From Folioceros fuciformis (lineage: Eukaryota): DNA of 64,000 bases. Location: NCBI GenBank assembly GCA_049999805.1, contig JBNGIO010005494.1, positions 1 to 64,000 of the forward strand, in the 5' to 3' direction. Position numbers and translations under genes: made by a program. This document shows, in pieces, positions 21,218 through 33,500 of this stretch. Each line of letters starts with the position of its first letter. Position 1 is the stretch's first letter. Under the pieces are notes generated by a model. It ran no database searches. It saw only the letters and a program-made list of their open reading frames with translations, and was not told the origin of the DNA.

Positions 21218-24192
21218 TCAAAGTCCAGAGCTCAGAATGTAATCTTCAATTTCCCTAATTTGACTGAGGTTAAGCAACTCAGGGTAATTATCGGCAACGA
21301 TCTCTGCAACGGGACGGGACGCACATAGAACTCGAAGGATATTTTGAGCTCGTCCATAGGATTGTTCAGCATTAGCAAGGAGCTGTTCAGAACGCAAGCC
21401 CTCACCAGCAAATCCTTGACCTCGTCGTGCTTCTTTCGCAACGTTTTTTCAATCTGAGAAGTAAGCTGGACAATATAGTTATAAAAGCATCTCATGTATA
21501 GACGATTAGAGTCAGGTCTTGCGTCACAAATTCAAGGATAGAGGTCTAAGGCGGACTTACTTGGTTCAACTCTTGTGAGAACTTATCGGCTTGGTCTGCA
21601 GTGTGCGTGCACAGTACTACCAACGTGCTCGGCGAATCAGGCTCTCCTTCTACCATGTACTCAAGAGCTTCGGACTCCTGAGAATCAAGCTGACCCTACA
21701 GCTCATGCAGTGTTCAAAAAGCACCCTCAGTAATGAAACTAAGTCAGCGCACCCCTTACTTGCGGATCCTGTGCAGCCTGGTCGTCAGCCTCGATTGCTT
21801 CTGTGACAAGATTGATGCTCTGCTGAGCATTATCCTGCTGTTGCTGCTCTACAGGCGAGGGATGGAGGACTTCGGGTTCCTGTAAGCATTGAAGCTGAGG
21901 ACATCAGATGCGTCAAGGATGAGCCGTGAAAGGTAATGTAATCAAGGAAACAATCTCACAGGTTTGATGGATGTTGCCATGGAGAGTACGTGCTTCGGAC
22001 TCTGCTGCACCGAACACTTGATATCCTGGTTTAGAGCATTTCAAAATTTAAGATAAACGTGATCCAGCAGACTGAGAACAGCCTATGACTGGGTTGAAGA
22101 GAGGAAAGCCATCACCTGTACCTGCACATCATTTGCATCTCCAGCTAAATTGGCTTCAGAGTTCCTGTCCACAGCAAAATGGATTGACTTGTAGGAAACA
22201 AATGAGGTGAAGTTGAAAGACATCCCATCCCTGATATTACCCGGCAGATTTGACTTTAGAGTTGGAGTTCTTCTTTGGGGAGGCCTCATTATTCACACCG
22301 CCTGAAGTCTTCTGGGCTTCAAGCTAAGTAACATGTAGCACACAAAAAACAATTTTCATAAACCTGCAGACGAGCTGGAGTCACTACTGCAAAGGTGGAA
22401 AGACCTATGGTAGTCTCACCTGAGCTGCTCGTCTCTCCTGCAGCCGAGTATAATATGATGGCCGTCCAGACGTTGCTTGCTCCTGGTCCCGCACCATAAG
22501 TTTTTTTGGCGTTCCAGTTGGCAAACTTGCCCTGGCTGACTGCTTCAGACGTGGCAGGACCGGTTTGCTTACTCTGGGATATAAAACAAAAATTAGGTGT
22601 AAGGTCCTGAGCCCCACAAGTCTCAAGTGATGAGACGAGCAGGCAGCGTCTCCGTCGATACCCAATCATAATTCCACTGCCACGGAGGTTTGCCTCCGCT
22701 GCCTTGGTTTTGTCCACTGTGAACCCAACATCTGCGCCCGACTCCTGTCCCTGTGGCATTTTGTCTGTTCCGAGTTTTTTGCTCGCTTCCGGTTCCTTGA
22801 CACCTGAGGTTGTGGCTCTTTGGGAGCCCTTTCTCTTTCCTCGCAGAGAATCTGTTGAAGGCTTCTGGCATGGGGTATCCTTGACTTCACGTTCCTGAGG
22901 CCCAGTCTTAACCTGCAAAGCTGACTTACCTCCTATTGCAACGGAGAACAATCGACTCTGCTGGTGGCCCTTAGCTTCAGGTACCAGACTGATGGATGTT
23001 AGCTTTAAAGTCACGTTGGTGTCCGCCACGGTCGTACCAGCGCCACGCTTGTTCCGTCCCAGCGTGTCCACTGCTGCTTTCTGTGAACGTAGCGACTGTA
23101 AAACGGGCTCACAGTCCTTCATACGTAATTTCTTCGTTGTGTGAGGAACAAACTGGTTCGGCATTGAACTTGCTTTGGTTATTGCGGCGGTTGCATCGGA
23201 GCTGGAAAACGCGGCAGGACTACAAGCTGGCCTGGATGCACCGGGCAAAGGAGCAGAGCCATCAGATCCGTTCCCTCGAGACTCAAGGATTGCAACCGTG
23301 TCTGGGATTCCAAATTCGATAGGCAAGCTTCGTTCCGCCTGGCGTGGTGTCACTGAAGTCTCTCTGCTCCGATCAACCAGTTCTCCCGATTCACGTTGGA
23401 CGTCCTTAGGAAGAATTCGAGCCCCGTCGGTCCCGTTGTCGGCTGAAGCTTGAGGCATTAGTACAGGCTCATCGGTCCCAGCTGAAGCCTGAGGAATAAT
23501 TCGTGTCTTGTCGGCGGCAGCTGTTGCTTGTGCCTGCACTGGGCTACGGATATCATACTTATCCGAGAAGTCAAATTCCGTCATCGTAGCATCCATGGCA
23601 CCTTCCGGTTCCATCTTCCCGTCGCCAGCCTTAGGTTTATCATCAAACAACATATCCGCATCCTCAATATCCCCCTCTCTTGGAGGGATTGTGCGAGCCA
23701 TGCCTTTCTTCCAAGACTTCTTAACGCTTTTGTCCTTAGCAGTCACAGGTTCCTCACCGAAGGAGGGCATATCAATGTCAAAGGACATGAGCTTGCTGAA
23801 GCCTCCGTCAAAATCGACCTCCATATCCCTGCAACGTGTTCACATACCTGCCGACAGTCAGGTGAATCGTAGACGCCGTAGAGATGGAGATCAGCTAGTA
23901 GACATGCCAGACCCGTAGCCGACTATTCAGATCCCACACATACAGCTTGGACATTTCAAAGTCCTTTTTCGAGGTGGAAGGTCGAGGGTCATCATCGAAG
24001 TCCAAATTCAGATCTGCCTTCATGCTTCTTGGCTTCCATGAAAGGAAATCGTTCTCGAAGCCGTCATCTGCACAACGAGTACCGATTTCACACCTCGTCG
24101 CAAAACTCGAAATTCAAATGTCACGAAATTGAATCTTGCAACTCCGCTAATCTCCGACCAGAGTTCTTCTCTTGCGCCTGTCTGCCCGACAT
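21218..24192 (-). CDS. Uncharacterised plant protein, At4g18490-like; multi-exon
   Basis: The N-terminus has an acidic/Phe motif ([12 protein letters not shown]...DFD...[10 protein letters not shown]...DIDMPSF), followed by a long disordered middle. The conserved C-terminal helix reads [50 protein letters not shown]. Confidence 0.72.
21260..21342 (-). other. U12-type (minor spliceosome) intron with AT-AA termini, 83 nt
   Basis: The 5' site |ATATCCTTC is at 21342, the branch site TTGCTTAAC at 21277-21269, and the 3' end CAA| at 21260. Removing it keeps the frame and gives K|IR. Confidence 0.7.
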
Positions 24193-24499
24193 GTCTGTGA
24201 CCTCCTCAAACTGTTACGCCTTCAGTGGATCAGAATTCTGGAAGGCCGATTATCCGACAATGTGGAGGCACCGGCAGCAGCAAGCACCAAGTGTGTTTAG
24301 ATGTACGTGGAAGCTTGGACAAATAGATTCTGAAAGCGGGCGGGTGCATATGCGTAAAAGTATGGGTAGCGGTCCACCTAACCCGAGCCGCTGAATTTTG
24401 AAGCAGAGCCAAAAGCGGGAAGGAAGGCGAAGGCCGGCAGTGCGAAGCAAAGGAAGCTTGCTTGAAGTGTTAAGCATTTGCCTAGGGTTGTGAGCTGAG

Positions 24500-27400
24500 A
24501 TGGCGTTGCAGGCAGGCACCGAGGCGCCCTCGGACGCCTTGTCGTCGGGCGTGGAAGAAGGAGAGTTCGAGAGTGACAGCGATGGTCCTTCGACCCTGGC
24601 GCCACGGCGGCGGCAGGCCAGCGACGACGAGCCGGAGGAAGAGCGGAGGAGTGAGGTCCCGACCGGGGAGCCCGGGGTGGTAGATGCCACCTCCTCTGTG
24701 GACGATGATGGGGAGCCACGGGGTCCACCTTATTCGGATGATGATGGAGAGCCGCTAGACGATGAGGAGGACGAGGACGAGGGCGGAGTGTTGGTGCCCA
24801 GGAGACGAAGGAAGGGTAGTGATGAGGAGGAGGAGGAGGGGGAGGGGGAGACGGAGGAGGAAGAGGAGGAGGACCAGGAGGGGGCCAGCGTGCGGGAGGG
24901 CTTGCCAGCTGAGCGGAGGAAGGATGGGAATGCGGATGCAGCTGGGAAGGACGCATCTGGGGAGGAGAAGAAGGAGGCGGAACCGTTTGTTGTGCCCACC
25001 GCTGGTGCTTTCTACATGCACGATGATCGGTTTCGCGATAGCGGCGGTGCTCGCCCGAGGTCTGCAGCCGCCCACTGAATTGTGCCGAATTCGTTGGTAA
25101 ACCTTATGGTTTGCTGTCGTGAAGTATTTTTCTCCTCTGGTTTATGGGGAGTTTCGAATGTTGTTGCAGGCGGAGTATAGGTGGGAGGAAGCTGTGGGAA
25201 GCCAAGGATGAAAAACCGTGGGTGCATGATATGTTTGAGGAGATGAGCATTCGGGATGATTCGTATGCTGGGGAGGTATGTCTTGCTGTGCAGCTTGTCT
25301 GCAGATGAAGTTATGTAACAGCCTTGGGCCACGATGATGCAAAGAGGTTGTGACAGACATTGCGTTCCGCTCAGGGATCTCGTCGAGGTGTACGAGGTAC
25401 AGGGCGTGGTCGTGGCCGGGGGAGGGGAAGGGGGAGAGGTGGAAATCGGGTGCCTGGAAATGAAGACACGGCAACGCGGGCTACTCGCAGAGGACGAGGA
25501 CGTGGACGTGGTAGTAATACTGATAGGCGCTCAGACTCGGCCGTCAGCTCAAGTCACTTGTGAGTTTTTTTCTTGTCCACCACGCTGTTGCCTCCACTGA
25601 AATGCGTAACTTGTATCCTGTGCTGAGTGTTTCGCTGAGACATGGTACTGTGCTTTGGGTTTGCTAGACTCCCTGACATGCTTGGTCTGCAATTCAGTGA
25701 TTCAGTGAATGCCAAGGAGGCAACCCCTCCGGTGATTGAGAAGGAGTTGAGCCATGTAATAAGTAAACAGGAGAGCTCCAGTGCTAAGAAACCTTACGGT
25801 GGATCTCACCTGAGCTCTGCCTCGCCTCCCTTTTTCCCATCTGGAGCGCCGCAGCCAAAGTTGGTGAACAGGGAGGAGGGGACCTCTTCTCAGGTTAAGA
25901 GCCACGCCGCTAAGCCTGCCGTTACAGTGAAAGGGTCATCCACCTGGAGTCCCTCTGCATCTGGAGCTGTGTATGTCTCAAAACCTGCAGCATCTGGTGG
26001 GAAAGTGTTGTTGGGAGGTGCGAATCTCCAAAGCAGTGGGGATGTAGGAAGCTCATCTAAACCTGCCCCAAGTTTTCAGCAAGGTGCAAAGCCATATTCA
26101 TCATCTGTTCTTCAACATCAGAATCTGGTGAAGTCTCAGGGTTCTCAAGCAGCAAGCTCTGCCCAGGCTCAGCAGCCTGCAAAAGGTCTGAACACTGCCC
26201 AAGCAACTAGCCAAAGTAGGTCTTCTCAGTCTCAAGCTCAAACACTTCAGTCATCCCAAGGTGTAGGACAACCAGCCCACACTCGAACTCCAGTAAGGAC
26301 GAGTAGCAGTGCTTCAGCAGGCTCATCACACTTGGGTAATAACAGTCGATTCAAGTCTGTAGGTGGAGGGAGAGGTGGTAGAGGTAATAATGTGCAGCTT
26401 GGGAGGGGGCAATTCGTTTTCAGTAACGGAGCTGGCAGTGGTATGCATATTGGAGAACCAGGCTACCCAACGGCACCTGTTGGACCTGGTAAGTTTGCTT
26501 CCATGAATAGGACCTGGTAAGCTTGATGTGTCTTGCATGCGGGTAATGACTTCTAAATATCCTAACATGTCTTTCAACAGTTGCTTTGCAATACGCTGGT
26601 CAGTCACAACCAGGCATGGGAATGCCTGCTGTGGGTATGGCAATGCCGAACTATTCTGGTCAACCACCATATGGGTTTGCGAATTCTGAAGTGACTTGGT
26701 GAGTTCTTGTCCGTTGTGCAATTCACGGATAACAACAGCCGTCTGTGTTTTTCCACTCATGTCACTATTTATGTTCAGGGTTCCTGTGATAGCTCAAGGG
26801 GCTGGCGTTGGTGGTGGTTTTGCATCTCCATTCATAGCTATTGATGGTGCAGCTTCGCCCATGTATTATGCGCAACCTTCCGGACAGCCTGCATCGTATC
26901 GTCCAGCTGGGTCAGTAATATGAGCATTTTGAAGGGCTTGATTTGGCGGTTATATGATAGGAGGCTCTAGGTGATCACTTAATTTGATTCATTCACTACT
27001 ACTGGATATCTGTACCGTACCGTACGTTAGAATCTAGGAAACTGTACAAATTGTGCTATCGGTCCTGTCGATGCTGCTTTGTAAAGCCAGCATTGTGACG
27101 TAAACATGTGAAGCTGCGCTTTTAGAATCCTCACCCTGAAGAATGTCGGATTTAGAAATTGAGGGTCAAAAACCATTTACATGATGCCTCGTGTGAACAG
27201 AATGGGAGAACCGATGACTGGCTCAAAGCTTTGGAAACCACCTCCTAGCTCAGGTTAGATTCTGCCAGGTCATTTGAGCAATTTTAATAACATTGTAATT
27301 TGTAACTTGAACCAAGTGCCTAACTCGGTAAATTCGTGGCAACCTCCGATCGATCCCTCGAGAATACGTATTGCAAGACCTCTAAATGTCTTTAGCTTGT

Positions 27401-27663
27401 GATCCGTCACTTTGATCTGTAGAGCTTGGAACTGATGAATTCGGGCAACGCCAAAGCAAGGCTCGCAGGTTTGTCTTAAATGATTGCTGGTCTCACTTGA
27501 TTTGCAAACCTGAAAGACTGGTCTGAGGTGTTCGTCTTTGGTTATGTGTGGATCTGAATAAAGTTGTCGCAATTTTGCACTCAATCTATTTTGTTTTTCT
27601 GGTGACCGAAAATCTTCTGTATAATTTGTGAGCAGATATTCAGAAATGAATTTTGGGCACTGA
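24500..27663 (+). CDS. BTZ: Barentsz/CASC3/MLN51 exon-junction-complex protein; multi-exon
   Basis: Has an acidic N-terminus with RRRQASDDE, the Btz/SELOR motif EPFVVPTAGAFYMHDDRFRD...RKLWE...WVHDMFEEM, RG repeats, and SSASPPFFPS. The last exons read ...QSKAR|RYSEMNFGH*, with the stop at 27661-27663. Confidence 0.92.
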
Positions 27664-28918
27664 GTCGACACATTGGGAAGGCCTGGTTTCCAGAGAACTC
27701 GAGGTCTTGAAAAGTTGCCGCGCCCTCGCTTCAGGTTCGCACGTCGTTCCCCTTGTAGGTGGGAGAGACGCTGTAAATTTGATGAACCCCCCACTGATGT
27801 ACTGGCATGGATGTGTGATAGGGGCCAAGTTATCTTGGTGGCCATGGATCTTTGGATTGCGTAAGTTATGATGGTGGCCATGTATTTGTGTTGGGAACGG
27901 TCTAAGCTCCGCCGGTGACCGGTTACCAGATTACCGGCAGCTTGCCGGTTGCAAGTTGGTGACGTTGCTGGCAGGCTCTTGAAGTGTGCTGGTTGCAAGC
28001 AACAGCCAAGTTGTCTTAGGGCTGGTATGCATGGGTCCATCTCCCAAGAAGCATTTGAAGACCTACAAAGTCCTTGCCAGGGCTCGCGATCCCAATGGAT
28101 AAGCTTGAAGAGACTCTTGGGGGAATTATTTCGTAACAAACTATGTGCCACATTGATGAACAGCAAGGGACTTGCTATCTAGTCAATGGCTGTGCAAAAT
28201 TCTTCCCTCCGTCGGTACTTATTTCCACTCCATTGCTAAGCATGTCCTGAAGGTTTCCAGATGACTTTAGCATATGTCACGGATCTAGCTATGGTTCCGC
28301 TTAGCTCGACTGGAGACTGTAACATTGGATCAAACTGGTTCAATTCCCTTTGGTTTCGTTTGTCATGGAAGCAGACAATTTCCCATCTTAAACGGTCCCT
28401 GTACGTCGTTCACCTCCGAGTTTTTCTGCCATGCCTAATGTTCCATGCAATTCTTGTTGTGAATTTTCACACAGTTCAACCCAGGAAAATGCCTTTCTCC
28501 ATCTGAGAACGGAGGGACTGCACGGTGCCTCCTCTGACCGGGTAGAAGGAGCCGTAGGACAGCTGCCACCATCGCACGACTACTAACCGCAAAAGTGACC
28601 GGGTTGGTGTGTGCACTGCAGAGACTGCAATATGCCGACCTCGGCCCCACCCTTGCTCTCTGATTGCAACTTTTGGGAAGGAATCACGTCACAAACCTCG
28701 CAAATTGCAGCCAATGCCGACCTACAAAACTGGCTGACCAATGCGTCCCGCCGTGCGAGCTCATGTCCTCCCTGTTGGGGATCTGCCGAGAGCGTGGCTA
28801 GCCTCATCACGCCGGAGCTTGTCCCTCTGTTCCGTGTCTGGAAGTAGACAGGTTTTGTGCTTGAGGCTAATTTCCCGTGTTACTCGAGATCTTAGATTTC
28901 GGCTTGCGTCACAGCAGC

Positions 28919-29596
28919 ATGTCAGCAGCAGAGAGCTTGACCACGCCTCTGGTGGATGGCACCAGCACATCATCGCAAAAGCCATGGGAACCGGCGTCCG
29001 GTTCCACTGTGGTGGCCACTGGATTCACAGCAGACGAGCTGGCGGAGCTGGAGGAGGAGACACAGGCCATCAAGACTTTCAACCAGGCATTCAGCGGCAC
29101 AGCCAATCTGGCAAACCTGCTGCCTACCGGCTCCTTTCTCACCTTTCAGATCCTTTCCCCGATCGTCACCAACTCGGGAGGCTGCTCGAACATTATCTTC
29201 ACCATTCTCACCTCCGTGCTGCTAGCACTCTGCGGTGGCTCAGCTTTCGTCCTCTCGCTCTCCGATTCGTTCCAGGCCACCAACGGCAAGGTGTACTACG
29301 GCCTCGTTATGCCCTACGGCTTGTGGTCCCCTTTCGTCAAGGGGGGGAGGATAGTGAGCAAAAAATACGCCCTGACGTTCTTGGATGTGGTGCACGCCGT
29401 GTTATCGATGCTGGTGTTCGGCACCAGCACGCTGCTCACGGAAAACGTCCGTACGTGTTTCTACCCGGACGTTTCACCGTTGGTGTATAATCTCGTGCCT
29501 GTCACGGTAGGATTCTTCATTTCCTTGTTTTTCATTTTCTATCCGACGACCAGACACGGTATCGGTTATCCCGTAGTAGCTGCCATCGTGAGATGA
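28919..29596 (+). CDS. DMP: DUF679 domain membrane protein (DMP family), single exon
   Basis: Contains ANLANLLPTGSFLTFQIL, SDSF...GKVYYG, DVVHAVLS, CFYP and PTTRHGIGYP, with about four hydrophobic segments. Confidence 0.93.
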   Translation: MSAAESLTTPLVDGTSTSSQKPWEPASGSTVVATGFTADELAELEEETQAIKTFNQAFSGTANLANLLPTGSFLTFQILSPIVTNSGGCSNIIFTILTSVLLALCGGSAFVLSLSDSFQATNGKVYYGLVMPYGLWSPFVKGGRIVSKKYALTFLDVVHAVLSMLVFGTSTLLTENVRTCFYPDVSPLVYNLVPVTVGFFISLFFIFYPTTRHGIGYPVVAAIVR

Positions 29597-30540
29597 CGGA
29601 AAGGTACCACGGCTTATGGATTTGATATCTTTTGTGCACTGTGTGCTAAATTTGTCTCGAGAACGATTGTTCATTTAGGAGCTATTATACTGTTCAAAAC
29701 ACCAAAAGGAGGCCAAGACAAGGCATAGTCATGACAACAGACCGGATCTTTTCAACTTCAAAACTCTCTACACTGCACCCGCCCTGACTGAGTGAGGCAA
29801 GCCAGTGCCAAGTCATTACAAAAGAAAGGACGCTAACTGCAATACATACGGAAAGAGGAAATTCACAATATTCAGTTTACTACAGAGGGGACCTACCGAA
29901 ACACCCTCTTCCGAGTGTCTCCCAGCACAGGCCGGAATTCTCTTGCAGAAAGTCATGCCGTTGATGGGGTGAGGACACGTTCACTCTTGATCCGGTCCAT
30001 ATACGCTCTGCATAGAACACTCGACCCCACCGAATTGGTCATACCGCAGCAGAGTTGCCCTCCTCCCACAAACATTTCTTCTTCCAGAACTGAGCTCCGA
30101 GAGACCATAGCAGAATGAAGGGTGCAGCTGCAGATGGTCAGAGCTCCTCTGCTTCAAGGCGCTGTACAGAAGAGCAGAAATTGAAGATCACAGATTCACA
30201 TCCATGCAGAGCGGGCAAACATGCTCAAAAATCTTGGCCAGCCCCGTTCGCCAACATCTAGGGATGCACAATCACCTCGCCGCTCCATCTCAAGTGTCTT
30301 GAAACGTGGAACCTTCTCATCTTGTCCAAAACCTCGTCACTCTTCGCCCCCAAATAATGACATGGCACAGCTTCCTTTGACAGTTACCCACAACTGCTTG
30401 TGGAACGATTGCTTTGCAAGCCAACCAGACAAAACTGTGTTTTCACAAACATGAAATGACATATCCAGGGGAGGTTAATATGCAGTGCTTTCAGGAAGCA
30501 ACGACATACCCATGATACCAGTCCAGATCCTCGAACCAAG

Positions 30541-33500
30541 TTACCCATTGTAGTGGCGCCTCTGATGCTGTGATGCTTGCTGCTGCTGCTGATTTAGAGG
30601 TTGTGTCAACTGAGTGAAAGGCTGAGTATAGATGGGTGCGACCATGCCCTGAGATTGCAATGGACCTCCTAGTCCATAGTGACTTTGTGTTGCTGGTCCA
30701 TCCTGAGTTCGATCACTAAATCCCACTTGGGTAAACAAGCCTTGAGAGTTATGAGACAAAAAATCCTGTGAACTGAACTCATTGCCCCCTGGAGGCAGGG
30801 CATATCCCCCCTGTGAATTCTGTGTGATAAAATCACCAGCGTACGCACCCTGACTTCCCTGTGTCACATAGTCAACCCCATACCCACCTTGGGTTGAGAA
30901 TTCTGGAACGGTGTAAGCCACATGAGAACCCTGAGACTTGAAATCATCTCCCAAAAAGTCCTGTGACATTCCACCGAGCGGAAACCCATCTCGAAGATTT
31001 TGACTTAAACCCTGCGACTGCATCTGCGTCATAGGACCTTGCTGNNNNNNNNNNNNNNNNNNNNNNNNNNNNNNNNNNNNNNNNNNNNNNNNNNNNNNNN
31101 NNNNNNNNNNNNNNNNNNNNNNNNNNNNNNNNNNNNNNNNNNNNCTGTGTCAAAGGACCACCACCAGATTGGCTGCCAAGCCCGTCAATGCCTGCAAAGC
31201 TAAAGGCAGAGCCAAGATTTGCATGCTGCTGAGCTGCTTGATGATGCAGGTGCCCTCCAATGGGACCGCCAGTGCTGCCTCTTCCAGTTCCAAAGCCCCG
31301 GCTCCCAGACTGGGGAACTTGGGGAACGCCACCAACAGGCCCGTGCACACCCCCACGAGCAGGAATAGCATAAGGTTGCATATGAGGAGCACCAGGGAAA
31401 GCTGGATGTGGAATTCTTGCAGCGGACAATCCATGGGGAAGGCCAGACTTGTGCCCACCATTAGCCATTCCAAAAGGCATGTAGCTGTTGCCACGTCCTC
31501 GGCCCCTTCTGTCTGGAAATCCTGCACCACTGGCATTGTTTGCAGCGGGAACAGGCACAAAGCCTTCACCTGGCCCTAACGCAGGTGCACCTCCTGGATA
31601 CACGCGCCTGTCACTGTAAATCTTTTTAGGCTTTTGGAACTGAACCATGCTCTGCTTCAGGTTGTTGAGAGGGCCTTCCACCAAACACTCATGTTCCTTG
31701 TAGTGCGACAACAAGCTGTTCCAGAGAGGCTGCTTGCTCAGCACCTTTGGATTTCCAAGAATAACAATGCCATACCGCGCGCGAGTCAGAGCTACATTCA
31801 AACGGCGAGGATCATTAAGAAAACCTATGCCCTGATGCTCATTGCTCCTTACGCAAGACAGTATGATGAAGTCTTTCTCCCTCCCCTGAAAAGAATCTAC
31901 ACTAGCAACCTCGATCTCCTTATAAAGCTGTTGGCGTAAAGAGCCATTTCTAGCCATGTGGTTCACAATGTAGGCCCGTTGCCCTTCATATGGAGTGATG
32001 ACTCCGATCTGACCTGGGTTGACACCGCTCTTCAAGAAAGTACTCACAATTTTCTCCACATTTGCAGCCTCTGTTCTATTTAAATAAGACGTACCACTAG
32101 CACTGATCTCTTCCTGACCCATCTGCACATAAAAGAACATGGGTTTGTTCGGCACGGGCCAGGGAAAATCTATCCCGGATGTCAGCCTCTCATTCATTCC
32201 AACCCCATTCTGCAAAGTCCCTTCGTAAAAACTGTTGGAAGGAAATTCAGACAAATTTGGGTGCATTCTGTATTGCACCTGCAAACGAATGGGTTTAACA
32301 CCCAGCAGTACGAGCCTCTCAAACAATGACTGAGCAAGACCAGCACGCGCAGCCTTCTTGCACATGATAACAGGCCCCAACTGACAATGATCCCCCACCA
32401 ACACGACCTGCTTCGCTCCTAAAACCAAAGGTATGAGACACTCGGGCTCAGTAGCTTGAGTTGACTCATCAATCAGAACCTGACGAAACCGAAAGTTGGA
32501 CAACCTCGGGTCTCCTGCTCCAACACACGTGCAGCAAATGACATCCGCACTCTGAGCTATCTCTCGTTCAGTTGCTCTCTTCAATGCCTTGTACTTCTTC
32601 TCATCGGAACTCGACAGCTCACCCTGTTCATCTTTCAAGAGCTGCAGCTTGTGAAGTTCACTTTTCTCAGAAGTATCTAGATGCCTGACCTGATAGTGCA
32701 GTGTCAAATGCTCGACAGGAGAGCTCACAGCTTCCCTTGACTTGGCACACAACCTCACCACCTTCAACCCTGTTGCACTGATCTTCTCAGCAAGCTGATC
32801 CACGGCCACATTGCTTGGAGCGCAAACAAGAACCTGTCCCTGGCCTTGCTTAGCCAGATGATACACAATTGCAGCGGAAGTGACGGTCTTTCCCGTGCCT
32901 GGTGGGCCCTGGATCAGACTAACTGGCTTCTGAAGTACACTCTTCACTGCAAACACCTGGGAAACATTCAACTCTGGGATTCCAGGAGCCCCAAAGCGTC
33001 TGGGCAATGTACTCCTTACAGTCTGAGACTCGATCTCATGGCCCAACAGCCTGTGATATATATACCCACTAACACTAGTCTCATCAACAGCAAAGGTCTT
33101 CATAGCTACTTGCATGCGATCAAAGCTTGTACTTTTCCACACGAAGTCAACGCTGAAGTTGTGGTTGACATCAATGGGAACGTTCTGGCTGGCACGAAGC
33201 TCTAACGCTACCTCCTCTTGGGCTGTGAGCTTGATGACATGCCCAACAGACTGCCAGGCACCATGAGTTCCATCTCCAGCACAACGGAGCCGCAACTCAT
33301 CACCTGGAACTAAACGCAGTTCATTATCCTCCTTGGGGAAGACGAAGTAGGCAACGCGTTTCTTGTTCAACCCTACATCCCATCTAACTGTGATATTATC
33401 CTTGCTCTGGGACTCTTTCATCATCTTATCATAGTCAGCCTCCAGCTTGACTAATGGCCCAAACACATTCTGATATTGATAAGCATCTTCATACTTGAAA

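Noticed and set aside
30944..31144. Apparent frameshift splitting UPF1 into 1154-aa and 163-aa ORFs
   Set aside because: The frame change coincides with a 100-N gap of nominal length. The sequence on both sides continues UPF1, so it is an assembly artefact.
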